The position numbers and the translations under genes were made by a program. From NCBI GenBank assembly GCA_044229975.1, contig JBGARZ010000013.1, forward strand, positions 204,781 through 268,780: DNA of 64,000 bases, written 5' to 3'. The notes beneath the pieces are model-generated. The model saw nothing but the letters and a program-made list of their open reading frames with translations, had not been told where the DNA came from and did not search any database. Of the stretch, positions 29,813-38,522 are shown piece by piece. Every line of letters begins with the position of its first letter. Positions within the stretch are counted from its first letter, which is position 1. Source of the stretch: Polyangiales bacterium. Its GTDB lineage: Bacteria; Myxococcota_A; Polyangia; Polyangiales; Ga0077539.

Positions 29813-30835
29813 TCAGCCCGCGGACTCGGGTGCGTCGGCCGGACCGTCGTCGGGTCCGTCATCGGGACCGTCGTCTGAGCCGCCCTCACCGCCCTCGGCG
29901 GAGGCTCCTTCGGCGGCGGCGCCGGGCTCGCCGGGCTTGCCATCGTGGTTCTTGCGACGACGACGGCGGCGCCGCTTGCGCTTGGGTGCATCACCCGTGG
30001 CGGCGTCCCCCGCAGCGGCGGGCGCGTCCCCCGCGGTCGCGTCGGTGGCGGCGGGCGCGTCGACGGCGGGCGCCTCGCTCGCGGCCGGAGCGGCGGGCGC
30101 AGCGTGGCGCTGCTCGTGCTGACCGCGGCCGGGATGGTTGTTGTTGTTGCGGCGCGGGCCGTCGTCGCTGGGGAAGTGGATGCGCGACCAGACGTCGGAC
30201 GCGGGGAAGTTGCGGGCGAGCGCCTGGAGGGCGCGGCGCGAGCGAAACTTGTTGCGCGGGTTCCAGGTGTTGACCCACTCGGCGAAGCGGCGGAGCGCGT
30301 CGCGGTCGCGGTGGAGGTCGAGGGCGTTCCACCCGAGGAGGTCGCCGAGGCGCTGCACGAACGACTCGCGCTGGAAGGCTGCGGGCGTGGTGTGCAGGCT
30401 GCCGAAGGACTTCGGGTGGCGCAGCCAGGCGGCGAGGAGCTCGTCGACCATGGCGCTGTCGGTGCTGAGTTCGAGGAGGTTGGCGACCAGCACGGTCATG
30501 TGCGCGTGGAGCGCGGGCGTGGGGTCGGACACGAGCGCGATGGCCTGCACGACGACGCGCACGGCATCGATCCACGCGGGCTTGACGGCGGGGTCGCGGA
30601 TGAGGGCGAAGACCGTGTTGAGGGTCTCGACGGCCGTCTCTTCGGCGGGGTGTTCGCCGCACCAGACGAGGGCGTCGAGGGCGATGGCGCGCTCCTGCGC
30701 AGGGTCGGGCGGCGCGGCGGGCTCGGCGTTGGCGGACTCGGCGACGGGCTCGGATGCGGCGTCGGCGTCGGGCTCGACGACGGGCTCGTTGGCGTCGGTG
30801 GTGGGGTCCGTCGGATCGGTGGGATCAGTGTGCAT
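29813..30835 (-). CDS. Hypothetical protein with a basic RKRRRRRRR tail
   Basis: Clean ORF, helical core, low-complexity ends. Confidence 0.7.
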   Translation of the reverse strand: MHTDPTDPTDPTTDANEPVVEPDADAASEPVAESANAEPAAPPDPAQERAIALDALVWCGEHPAEETAVETLNTVFALIRDPAVKPAWIDAVRVVVQAIALVSDPTPALHAHMTVLVANLLELSTDSAMVDELLAAWLRHPKSFGSLHTTPAAFQRESFVQRLGDLLGWNALDLHRDRDALRRFAEWVNTWNPRNKFRSRRALQALARNFPASDVWSRIHFPSDDGPRRNNNNHPGRGQHEQRHAAPAAPAASEAPAVDAPAATDATAGDAPAAAGDAATGDAPKRKRRRRRRRKNHDGKPGEPGAAAEGASAEGGEGGSDDGPDDGPDDGPADAPESAG

Positions 30836-30879
30836 AAGGTCCTGAGTGGGGGGACGCAGGGTGCGGAACGGCGGGACGC

Positions 30880-30885
30880 TTGACA
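30880..30885 (+). promoter_or_regulatory. Consensus sigma70 -35 hexamer upstream of tRNA-Gly
   Basis: TTGACA about 55 bp upstream of the tRNA; no clear consensus -10. Confidence 0.45.
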
Positions 30886-30940
30886 AGCGCCGAAACGCCG
30901 TGACACAAGGTTTGTCCCTCGGCGCTCTGCTTCGAGGGCC

Positions 30941-31012
30941 GCGGGCGTAATTCAGCGGTAGAATGTCAGCTTCCCAAGCTGAACGTCGCCGGTTCGATCC
31001 CGGTCGCCCGCT
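30941..31012 (+). tRNA. tRNA-Gly (anticodon CCC)
   Basis: Acceptor stem GCGGGCG/CGCCCGC, anticodon arm TCAGC-TTCCCAA-GCTGA, T-loop GGTTCGATCCC; followed by CCG, so no encoded CCA. Confidence 0.97.
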
Positions 31013-31026
31013 CCGAAGATTCCTCT

Positions 31027-32337
31027 CTACTTTCGGCCCGTTGCGAGCTTAGCTCCAGCGGGCCGATCTTGGTTCTGGGGGTTCTTCACACCCCGCTTCA
31101 CACCCCGACGGCCGTCGGGGCGAGCCATCGCCTCGCGCGCCCCGGCGAGGTCGACCACCTTCGCCAAGCCCGCGCGCTGCTCGGCCTCGGCGGGGCTGCT
31201 GTAGTGCTCCTGCATCGCCTCGGTGTGGTGCCCCGAGATCGACCGCGTGACCACGTTGGTGATCTCGGCGGCGCGCGCCAGGTCCTGGAACGTCCGCCGC
31301 ATCGCGCGCGGCGTGATCTTCTTCCTCAGCCCCAGCGCCTTGTGGACGGCGGCGAAGGGCTTGGCCAGCACCGACGCGGCGCGGAACTTCCCCTGGCGCG
31401 ACGGGAAGAGCAGTTCGCTCTCCTCCATCTTGCCCTCGGGCAGTTCGTCGGCGTGGCGGCGCAGGATGTCGACCAGCTCCTTCGGCACCGCGATGCGCTG
31501 CCGGTTGCCGGTCTTGGTGGTGTTCATCACCTCGTCGGTGCGGGTGTGCGAGCGGCGAACCAGCAGCACCCCCTCGTCCCACAGGACGTCGGCGTTGGGG
31601 CCCTGGCGGCGCAAGGCCCGCAACGACGAGGGCCTGAGCCCCGTCGCGAGGCCCAACACCACCATGGCGAAGTGCTGCGGGTAGAGCTCGTTCATCTTCT
31701 TGAGGAACGCCCGCCCCTCCTCCACGGTGAGCGCGTTGGGCTCCTCGTGGGTGTAGGCCGGGTGCTCCGAGGTGTCGAAGGGCTCGACCCCGGCGATGGG
31801 GTTCCGCTCCAGCTCGAACTCGTGCACCGCGGCGTTGAGGATCGACCGCAGCGCGCTGAACCAACTGTTGGCCGTGTGCGGGCTCAACGTGTCGGCCTTG
31901 ATCCGCTTGGCGACGTCCGCCTTCCAGGCGATCACGTCCGCCCGGCGGATCGCGTCGACCTGGAGCCGGCCGAAGGTCGGGAAGAGGTGCTTCCTCATCA
32001 CCGACGCGAACACCACGCGGCTGTGGGCGCCCTTCATGGTGCCGTCAGCGATCTTTCGTTCCATGAGCGAGACGCTGTAGACGCTGAAGGACGGCAGGGT
32101 CTGCACCTGCGTCCCCTGCCGGAGGCGCTGCTGCTCGTCCTCCAACCACGCCCGCGCTTCGAGGGCCGTGGCCACGTCGAGCGCCTTGAGGATCTGGTGC
32201 TGCTTGCCGGTGCGCGGGTCGGTCACCTTCCCGCGCACGACGAAGCCCAGGCTTTCCTCCCTCTTCCACACGCCGGGCAGCACCGGCTTCGCGCTGATCT
32301 TGAACCGCCATCGAGTCACCCACTTCGTTGCAGTCAT
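31027..32337 (-). CDS. int: Tyrosine recombinase (integrase)
   Basis: TGLRPSS (R), TKT (K), RAMRRT (H-x-x-R variant), SGH and EHY (H, Y); start MTATKW. Confidence 0.92.
   Translation of the reverse strand: MTATKWVTRWRFKISAKPVLPGVWKREESLGFVVRGKVTDPRTGKQHQILKALDVATALEARAWLEDEQQRLRQGTQVQTLPSFSVYSVSLMERKIADGTMKGAHSRVVFASVMRKHLFPTFGRLQVDAIRRADVIAWKADVAKRIKADTLSPHTANSWFSALRSILNAAVHEFELERNPIAGVEPFDTSEHPAYTHEEPNALTVEEGRAFLKKMNELYPQHFAMVVLGLATGLRPSSLRALRRQGPNADVLWDEGVLLVRRSHTRTDEVMNTTKTGNRQRIAVPKELVDILRRHADELPEGKMEESELLFPSRQGKFRAASVLAKPFAAVHKALGLRKKITPRAMRRTFQDLARAAEITNVVTRSISGHHTEAMQEHYSSPAEAEQRAGLAKVVDLAGAREAMARPDGRRGVKRGVKNPQNQDRPAGAKLATGRK
31084..31107. repeat. 12-bp tandem direct repeat, candidate integrase arm-type sites
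   Basis: CTTCACACCCCG twice, about 70 bp from the tRNA 3' end. Confidence 0.6.
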
Positions 32338-32596
32338 CGGCTCGTCCTCCGTCGTCGTTGGAGGGCGCCGCCGTTGGTCCGGCGGGCACCATAGCGTCCG
32401 GCGAGGCGCCGCGCATGAAGGCCAGGACGGCCGATCGCTCGAAGACCATCGTGCCCTTGCCGCCGCGGCGGCCGGCGGGCACGAGGCGCTTCTCCATGAC
32501 GGCCTTGCGGATCGCGCCGGTCGTCTTGTAGCGGCAGATATCCGCTGCCTCGCGGGTTGTGAGCAGCGCGGCGACCGTCTCGATGGGCTCACTCAT
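32045..32596 (-). CDS. HTH_17/excisionase-like DNA-binding protein; the ORF tail overlaps int out of frame
   Basis: LLTTREAADICRY.T..AIRKAV..KRL.PAGRRG...VFERSAVLAFM; lies just upstream of int. Confidence 0.7.
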   Translation of the reverse strand: MSEPIETVAALLTTREAADICRYKTTGAIRKAVMEKRLVPAGRRGGKGTMVFERSAVLAFMRGASPDAMVPAGPTAAPSNDDGGRADDCNEVGDSMAVQDQREAGAARRVEEGGKPGLRRAREGDRPAHRQAAPDPQGARRGHGPRSAGVVGGRAAAPPAGDAGADPAVLQRLQRLAHGTKDR

Positions 32597-33160
32597 CGAA
32601 GCCCTCGTCCGGCGTCGAGGGTGGCCCCGCGGTCGCTCGGTCGGATGCAGCGCACCCTCGCTGGCACGGCCCCAGGGACCTCACTGAAGCGAGCCGTCTG
32701 CCCCGCGCGCTGACGATGGGCTCACCTCAACGCGGTTGTCGTAGACCCCATGCCGCCGGCGGGGCTTGGAGGGGTCGCGCGACGCCTTCGCGTCGCCCGA
32801 CGACTCTGGGCCTCCTGGGCCGTCGTCGTACGGCGCAGCCACAGAGTTTGTCTCGGTGCCGGGGGTGATCGAGTCCTGCCTGTTCTTGGTCATCGGGTGC
32901 CCTGTGAGATGAGAGATAGCGTTCCCAGCGAGATCGCGTGCCGGCCCACCGCACCGTGCGTTGAGGGTGTAGGGGGCTCGGTGTCGGCCGCAGTGCCGAC
33001 GTGGCGCGGGGGGCGCCACAAATCGCATGGGGTGACATCTCACGCCGCCGGACGCCGGCACGCCCTCGATCGCGCTGCTTTCCCTCCGTTGGCAGGGTTT
33101 CTCTGCTCGGATGAAATCGACGACCACCCCGAGAATCTCTCCGGAGCCGTGGGCGGCGAT

Positions 33161-33175
33161 TTGTAACCGTTACAA
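33161..33175. promoter_or_regulatory. Palindromic operator-like site
   Basis: TTGTAAC-C-GTTACAA, perfect 7-bp arms, AT-rich in a GC-rich context. Confidence 0.5.
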
Positions 33176-33189
33176 TCGAGGCTGCGGCC

Positions 33190-34812
33190 TCACTCGACCT
33201 TGAACACAGGCAGCCACGCTCCCTGGCCGGCGTCGAACTTGATGCCGTCCGGCTCCAGGTCGAAGAACCGCGCCAAATCCCGCCGTAGACCGTAGACCGG
33301 TGCAGAATCCCTGGGCTCCATCAGCACTCCCTCGCCGAGCAGTTTGGCCAACAGATCCTCCGACGCGACCGAGGTGACCACCGCCTTCAAGCGGAAGACC
33401 TCCCCAGCCCCCTGCGTCTCCGGCGTGCGTCCGCTGGCTGCGTCCTGTCGACCCTCGTCGTGCGGATGCCGAACCGTGACCTCGATCATTTCCTCCCACG
33501 CGCTCCGCTGAAGCCGGACAATCAGGTCTGACCACGTCACCCCTACCGGCGTCCGGAAGCACGGGTCTGGGAGAGAGGTGATCTGAAACCGGAACCGGTA
33601 GGCCCTACCGTTGTTGGCGATGCGCTGGGGCCCCTTCGGCACGCTTAAGATGGGGTCGCACTTCGTGCTCGGGACCGAGGGGAAGAGCCGTCGCAGGCGG
33701 GGGCGGAGCCGGCTCATCGGCTCCCTCGACATCGCTGGCGGTTTCCCCGCCGGACGGCCGCGCCCCCCGCTCGTGCCCTCGGTCGATGGCGATGGCGACG
33801 CAGCGCTCGCGACTTCCACCAGCAGTCTCCACAGTTTCGTGACCTCACCGGAACCCTCGTCCCGTCGGCCGTCAGCGAAGCCCGCCTCCGCGAAGTGCCG
33901 CCAGTGCCGCTCGCCTTGGATCCGGGCGCACAAGTGCTTCTCGCCGACTCGAACATGGATGGCCTCCCACACGGTTCCTTCGGGAGTCGGGATGGGCCGG
34001 ACGCGGCCCCGCGGCTGGGGGGCCGCAATCGCCGGGGTCACCGTGAGCGACGGCGATGGGGTGCCCCCCTCGCGTCTCACGAAGCCCGCCCCTGTCCACT
34101 GGAGCAGGTCGTTAAGCAGCAGCATCTCCGAACTGCGCGCGGTTGCGAGATCCGGCGCCACGGTGCCGAGCACCACCCCGACGACGCGGTCGAACCCCCC
34201 GGCGGCGTGCCCCGCCGTGTTCATGATGCGGTCAGCACCCTCCCAGGCGGGCCCGCGGATCAGAAATACGTCACGGTGCGGCGGCCCCGGCTCGGTGCCG
34301 AGGTGGAACAACCTCCCAGGGTCGAGCTCCCTCACCCGCCCGCGGGTCCCCAGGAGCGTTGCGGTCACCTTCGCCAACACTGGGAGGTCCACCTCCCAGA
34401 GCCGCACGAGGTTCGGCGTGATCTCGCGGGTCTCTCCGTTGCGAGGACAGTGCGCAACCGCGCTCACGATGACGCCATCCGCCCGGTCGAGCACCACTGT
34501 GGCCCAGCACCAATCGCGGTCTGGATCCTCGGCGTACGGCTGGTACACCCCGCCCGGATCCCGTTGCTGCAACAACTGCGTGAGCTGCTTGTCGTACCGT
34601 GGGCGGCACACGGGGCAGTGAATCTTGCCGAGAGGCTCGACTTCGCGAACGACGCGTAGCGCGGCCCAGTGATTGAGGATGTTGAGGCCGACGTGAACTG
34701 CATCCTCGGGCCAGATCCGGGGGTCGTGCTCAGCGGCGCATCGACAGAGTAGGGCGGCGGCGTCGACCATCGGCGTAGAGATCCTCGCGGCGGGGCCGAC
34801 GATCGCTCTCAC
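33190..34812 (-). CDS. Hypothetical protein with a putative N-terminal metal site and a duplicated C-terminal module
   Basis: HCPVC...HCP; modules starting PTPEGTVWEAI and RTPVGVTWSDL. Confidence 0.65.
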   Translation of the reverse strand: MRAIVGPAARISTPMVDAAALLCRCAAEHDPRIWPEDAVHVGLNILNHWAALRVVREVEPLGKIHCPVCRPRYDKQLTQLLQQRDPGGVYQPYAEDPDRDWCWATVVLDRADGVIVSAVAHCPRNGETREITPNLVRLWEVDLPVLAKVTATLLGTRGRVRELDPGRLFHLGTEPGPPHRDVFLIRGPAWEGADRIMNTAGHAAGGFDRVVGVVLGTVAPDLATARSSEMLLLNDLLQWTGAGFVRREGGTPSPSLTVTPAIAAPQPRGRVRPIPTPEGTVWEAIHVRVGEKHLCARIQGERHWRHFAEAGFADGRRDEGSGEVTKLWRLLVEVASAASPSPSTEGTSGGRGRPAGKPPAMSREPMSRLRPRLRRLFPSVPSTKCDPILSVPKGPQRIANNGRAYRFRFQITSLPDPCFRTPVGVTWSDLIVRLQRSAWEEMIEVTVRHPHDEGRQDAASGRTPETQGAGEVFRLKAVVTSVASEDLLAKLLGEGVLMEPRDSAPVYGLRRDLARFFDLEPDGIKFDAGQGAWLPVFKVE

Positions 34813-34982
34813 GGCCAGTGCACGATCGCAACCGCCGTCGCGGGCGACCGGTCCTCCGCGCCGTCGTTACCGGCCCTATGGCGGATGTCGCCGGACCAGA
34901 AACCCTCTGGTATTCCGGGTAAAAGAACATGGAGCGCAACGAGCGGCCCGCTGCCGCCCGCGCTCTAGAAGGAGCCCATCCC

Positions 34983-35117
34983 ATGAAGGACCTCGTCGAG
35001 TTCGTCCGCGCCGCCGTGGCCAACCACGGCCTCACCCTCACCAAGACCGTTCTCCGCTTCGGCGGCAAGACGGTCCGCCTCACGCTCCGCGTCGGCATCA
35101 CCGACGACGCGGGCTGA
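34983..35117 (+). CDS. Small hypothetical protein (44 aa)
   Basis: AAGGAG RBS before MKDLVEF; GC3-rich codons. Confidence 0.5.
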   Translation: MKDLVEFVRAAVANHGLTLTKTVLRFGGKTVRLTLRVGITDDAG

Positions 35118-35241
35118 CCCACCGACCGCCCGTCGCGCTCGGCCCGCCGCCCTACAGAAGTACGCCGTATTCCAGGCGTCTTGGGGGCGTCGTGCGTCCG
35201 CGGGCTCGGGCCCCAACCCATTCACCCAGGAGTCCACAACC

Positions 35242-36399
35242 ATGCTCACGTTGCCCTCTCACGCCTCTCCGTCCGGCGCCTCCTCGCGCTTCGCCGCCGT
35301 CGCCCGCGACAAGCTCGGCGCCCTGATCGAGCGCGGTCGCACCCGCGCCGCCGCCGTGCTCGACCACGTCGAGCGCCACCAGCCCCGCGACCTCCTCGTC
35401 ACCGCCGGGGAGCTCGCCTTCGAGCCCGACGCGGCGCGCCCCGGCGGGATCGTCGTCGTGCCCGACGAGGGCGTGACGATGCCGCTGCACCGCTTCGCGC
35501 TCGGCCAGGCCGCCGCCAAGGTGGGTCTGCCCCACGCCTACCTCGGGCGCCTGCTCGACCCCGAGCACCGGGCCTTCGGGCCCGAGCTGCTCGCCCACAG
35601 CCTGACGCGCCTCTACCGCGAGGGCCGCGCCGTCGCCGACGAGGAGGACGCGGGAGGCACCTTCCTCCTGCGCGCGCTCTCGCTCCCCGACCGCCGCGAG
35701 GTGCGGGGCTTCGTGAGCTCGCGCTTCCGGCGCCTCGACTCGCGCCCCGTCGTGGGGGCCTTCGCCCACGCCTGCCAGCAGATCGGCGCGGTGCCCGTCG
35801 AGGGCTACGCGCTCGACACCAAGATCGCGATCAAGGCCATCCTCGCGAAGGTCTACGAGCCCGTGCCCAACGAGGTGATGGTGTTCGGCATGGCGCTGGA
35901 GAACAGCGACTACGGCAACGGCGCCCTCCAGGTGTCGTTCTACTCGCTCCGGTTGGCCTGCGAGAACGGCCTCTTGATGGAGCGCTCGCTGCGTCGGGTC
36001 CACCTCGGAACCCGCCTCACGGGTGACGTCGCGTGGAGCGCCCGCACGCTCGCGGCGGAGACCGAGGCGACGGCGGGCGCGGTGCACGATCTCGTCACGC
36101 GCCGCCTCAACGACCGCAACATCGCCGTCCTCCAGGACGGCATCCGCCGCGCGAACGACGAGCGAATCGAGCCCGCCCGCGTGCAGGACTTCCTCAAGAA
36201 GCACCTGCTCAAGGGGGAGGCCGAGGCCGTCGTCGCGGCGTTCAACTCGCCCGACGTCGAGAACATGCCCGCCGGGCAGACCCGCTGGCGCCTCGCGCAG
36301 GCGGTGAGCTGGATCGCGGGCAAGACCGAGGACGAGGAGCGCCGTCTCGACCTCATGCGCGTCGCGGGCAACCTCGTGCCGATGCCGGAGGCGGCGTGA
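35242..36399 (+). CDS. DUF932-like protein
   Basis: VRGFVSSRFRRLD, LENSDYGNGALQV...RLACENGL, RRVHLG, TRWRLAQAVS; AGGAG RBS. Confidence 0.75.
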   Translation: MLTLPSHASPSGASSRFAAVARDKLGALIERGRTRAAAVLDHVERHQPRDLLVTAGELAFEPDAARPGGIVVVPDEGVTMPLHRFALGQAAAKVGLPHAYLGRLLDPEHRAFGPELLAHSLTRLYREGRAVADEEDAGGTFLLRALSLPDRREVRGFVSSRFRRLDSRPVVGAFAHACQQIGAVPVEGYALDTKIAIKAILAKVYEPVPNEVMVFGMALENSDYGNGALQVSFYSLRLACENGLLMERSLRRVHLGTRLTGDVAWSARTLAAETEATAGAVHDLVTRRLNDRNIAVLQDGIRRANDERIEPARVQDFLKKHLLKGEAEAVVAAFNSPDVENMPAGQTRWRLAQAVSWIAGKTEDEERRLDLMRVAGNLVPMPEAA

Positions 36400-36776
36400 T
36401 GAAGTACGCCGGACTCCTGCGGATCAAGGGCCTCCTCGACGGGTACTTGGCCGCACTCGCCGATGAGGGTCGGCAGGCCATGCAGGACGCGCTCGGGGAG
36501 TTCCTGGGCGAACACCCCGAGGTGCTGGCGATCGCCTGGTACCAGGGCGCGGGACTGAGCCACCTCACGTTCGAGTTGCGCGGCGGCGTGCGCTACCTCG
36601 CCGCCGAGGATCAGATCGTCGGCGCCGCAATGGACGACACCTTCGACACGTCGGCCTACGCGGCCTTCGCCGACGTCCTCTGGAACGCGCTCGACGTGCT
36701 CGTGGCGAAGTTCGGCTTCGACGTGAACCTGCGCGCGACCCGCGAGGACATCACGGCGCTGCCGATCGCCGCGTAG
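36399..36776 (+). CDS. Hypothetical protein, translationally coupled (TGATG overlap)
   Basis: Start overlaps the DUF932 stop; GC3-rich codons. Confidence 0.7.
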   Translation: MKYAGLLRIKGLLDGYLAALADEGRQAMQDALGEFLGEHPEVLAIAWYQGAGLSHLTFELRGGVRYLAAEDQIVGAAMDDTFDTSAYAAFADVLWNALDVLVAKFGFDVNLRATREDITALPIAA

Positions 36777-36796
36777 GCGCCCACCTCCCAGCCCGA

Positions 36797-36922
36797 CGTG
36801 CGGCGCCCGGTGCCCTCGCTCTCGGAGCGGGCGCCGGGCGCCGCACGCCCCTCCCGCACCTGCCCTCGGAGCGACGACGAAGCCCCCGCGGTGACCCCCG
36901 GTGTGCTTCGTCGTCGCTCCGA
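36797..36922. other. Two adjacent long stem-loops
   Basis: 36797-36810 pairs with 36834-36847 (14 bp perfect, extendable inward); 36866-36883 pairs with 36905-36922 (18 bp perfect). Confidence 0.85.
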
Positions 36923-36966
36923 CCTTCCCGCTCGCCAGCGCCCCTTCCACCAAAGGAACCCTCACG

Positions 36967-38067
36967 ATGAACCTCGACACCCGACTCGCGCCCGAGCGCG
37001 AGCAGTCCGCTCCGGCGCCCGACGACGGCGCGCCGAGTCGCCTCTCCGTGGCGCCCGTCGACCCCTTCGCAGCGGTCGGCCTCGTCGGCACGTCACGACC
37101 CATGCAGCGCGTGCGAGCCGACGTTCTGCGGTACGCCCGCTCGTCCGCGCCGGTGCTAGTCACGGGCGAGACCGGGACCGGCAAGGAGCTGGTCGCCCGC
37201 GCCCTCCACCTCGCGTCGCCGCGGGCCCGCGGGCCGCTCGTGACCGTCAACGTCGCGACCCTGCGGACCGAACTCGTCGCCTCGGAACTGTTCGGCCACG
37301 AGCGCGGCGCGTTCACCGGCGCCCTCACCCGGCGCCGGGGCGTCTTCGAGCAGGCCCACGGCGGCACGCTCTTCCTCGACGAGCTGGGCGAGCTCGACGC
37401 CCGCACCCAGGCCGACCTGCTGCGCGCGCTGGAGACCGGCGAGGTGCGTCCGCTGGGCTGCGAGCGCCCGCGCGCCGTCGACGTCCGCATCATCGCCGCC
37501 ACCCACCGGGACCTCGGCGCGATGGTCACGGCGGGGTGCTTCCGCGCCGACCTCTACTACCGGCTGAACGTGCTGACCGTGGGGCTGCCCGCCCTGCGGG
37601 AGCGCCGCGCGGACCTCCCCGCGCTGGTCGAGCACCTCCTCGGTCGGCTCCGCCCCGAGGTCGGCGACCGTCGCCTCACCAGCGATGCGCTCGCCCTCCT
37701 CGTCCGCCACCCGTTCCCGGGCAACATCCGCCAGCTCTTCAACGTGCTGCGCCGTGCCCTGGTGCGCGACGAAGGTCTCGTCCTCGACGCCGCGGCCGTG
37801 GCCGACGCGTTGGCCGACGAGCCCGGCACGCCGGTCCCCTACCAGACGCCCGCCCGAGACCTCTCGGTCCCCGCCGTCGCCGAGGCCATGCAGGCGAGCG
37901 GCGGCTCCATCTCGGCCGCCGCGCGGCGCCTCGGCATCGCGCGGTCGACGCTGCGCGAGCGGCTGAACGCGAGCCGCCGCAGCGACGTCACGCAGATCCA
38001 AGGCGGCGGGCTTCCGCCCGTGGCGTGGGTCGCGGGCGCCGCCGCGCGCCCTACGGGGGACCCGTGA
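36967..38067 (+). CDS. Sigma54 activator (AAA+ plus Fis HTH) without an N-terminal sensor domain
   Basis: [47 protein letters not shown]; only about 35 aa before the AAA+ domain. Confidence 0.9.
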   Translation: MNLDTRLAPEREQSAPAPDDGAPSRLSVAPVDPFAAVGLVGTSRPMQRVRADVLRYARSSAPVLVTGETGTGKELVARALHLASPRARGPLVTVNVATLRTELVASELFGHERGAFTGALTRRRGVFEQAHGGTLFLDELGELDARTQADLLRALETGEVRPLGCERPRAVDVRIIAATHRDLGAMVTAGCFRADLYYRLNVLTVGLPALRERRADLPALVEHLLGRLRPEVGDRRLTSDALALLVRHPFPGNIRQLFNVLRRALVRDEGLVLDAAAVADALADEPGTPVPYQTPARDLSVPAVAEAMQASGGSISAAARRLGIARSTLRERLNASRRSDVTQIQGGGLPPVAWVAGAAARPTGDP

Positions 38068-38411
38068 GCACCGCGCCCCCGCGGGCGTGGTCGCTCGGCC
38101 ACAAGCTCGGCACGATCGAGCAGGCCGTCGAGGGCTCCGCCTCGGTGCTCGCGCGCATCCAGGACGCGCAGGGCGACCTGCACGCCATGCAAGCGTGGGC
38201 GTCGCAGGCGGAGGGCATGCTCGCGCTCGCGCACCGCCGTCTCCACGATCTCGGCCGGGTGTTGCGCGGCGAGCTCGCCCCAGCGCTTCTCGCGGCACCC
38301 CACAACGTCGTCGCCCCCGGCGCCGAGCCCCTGAACTCCGGCGAGGACGTCCTGTTCCCCGCACGGCTCGACGTCCGCGCGAGCCGCTCCGCGCGACCGC
38401 CCCATCGCTGA
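38064..38411 (+). CDS. Hypothetical helical protein (GTGA overlap)
   Basis: Start overlaps the activator stop; GC3-rich codons. Confidence 0.6.
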   Translation: MSTAPPRAWSLGHKLGTIEQAVEGSASVLARIQDAQGDLHAMQAWASQAEGMLALAHRRLHDLGRVLRGELAPALLAAPHNVVAPGAEPLNSGEDVLFPARLDVRASRSARPPHR

Positions 38412-38522
38412 CCAACCGCCTCGCTCGCTGCCCCGCCGCCGACCCGACTTCGGGGCGATGCCGGGTGCGCGGGCGCTCTCTCTTCCCCCAACGCTCACCC
38501 CAACCATCGTCACGAGGAACCC

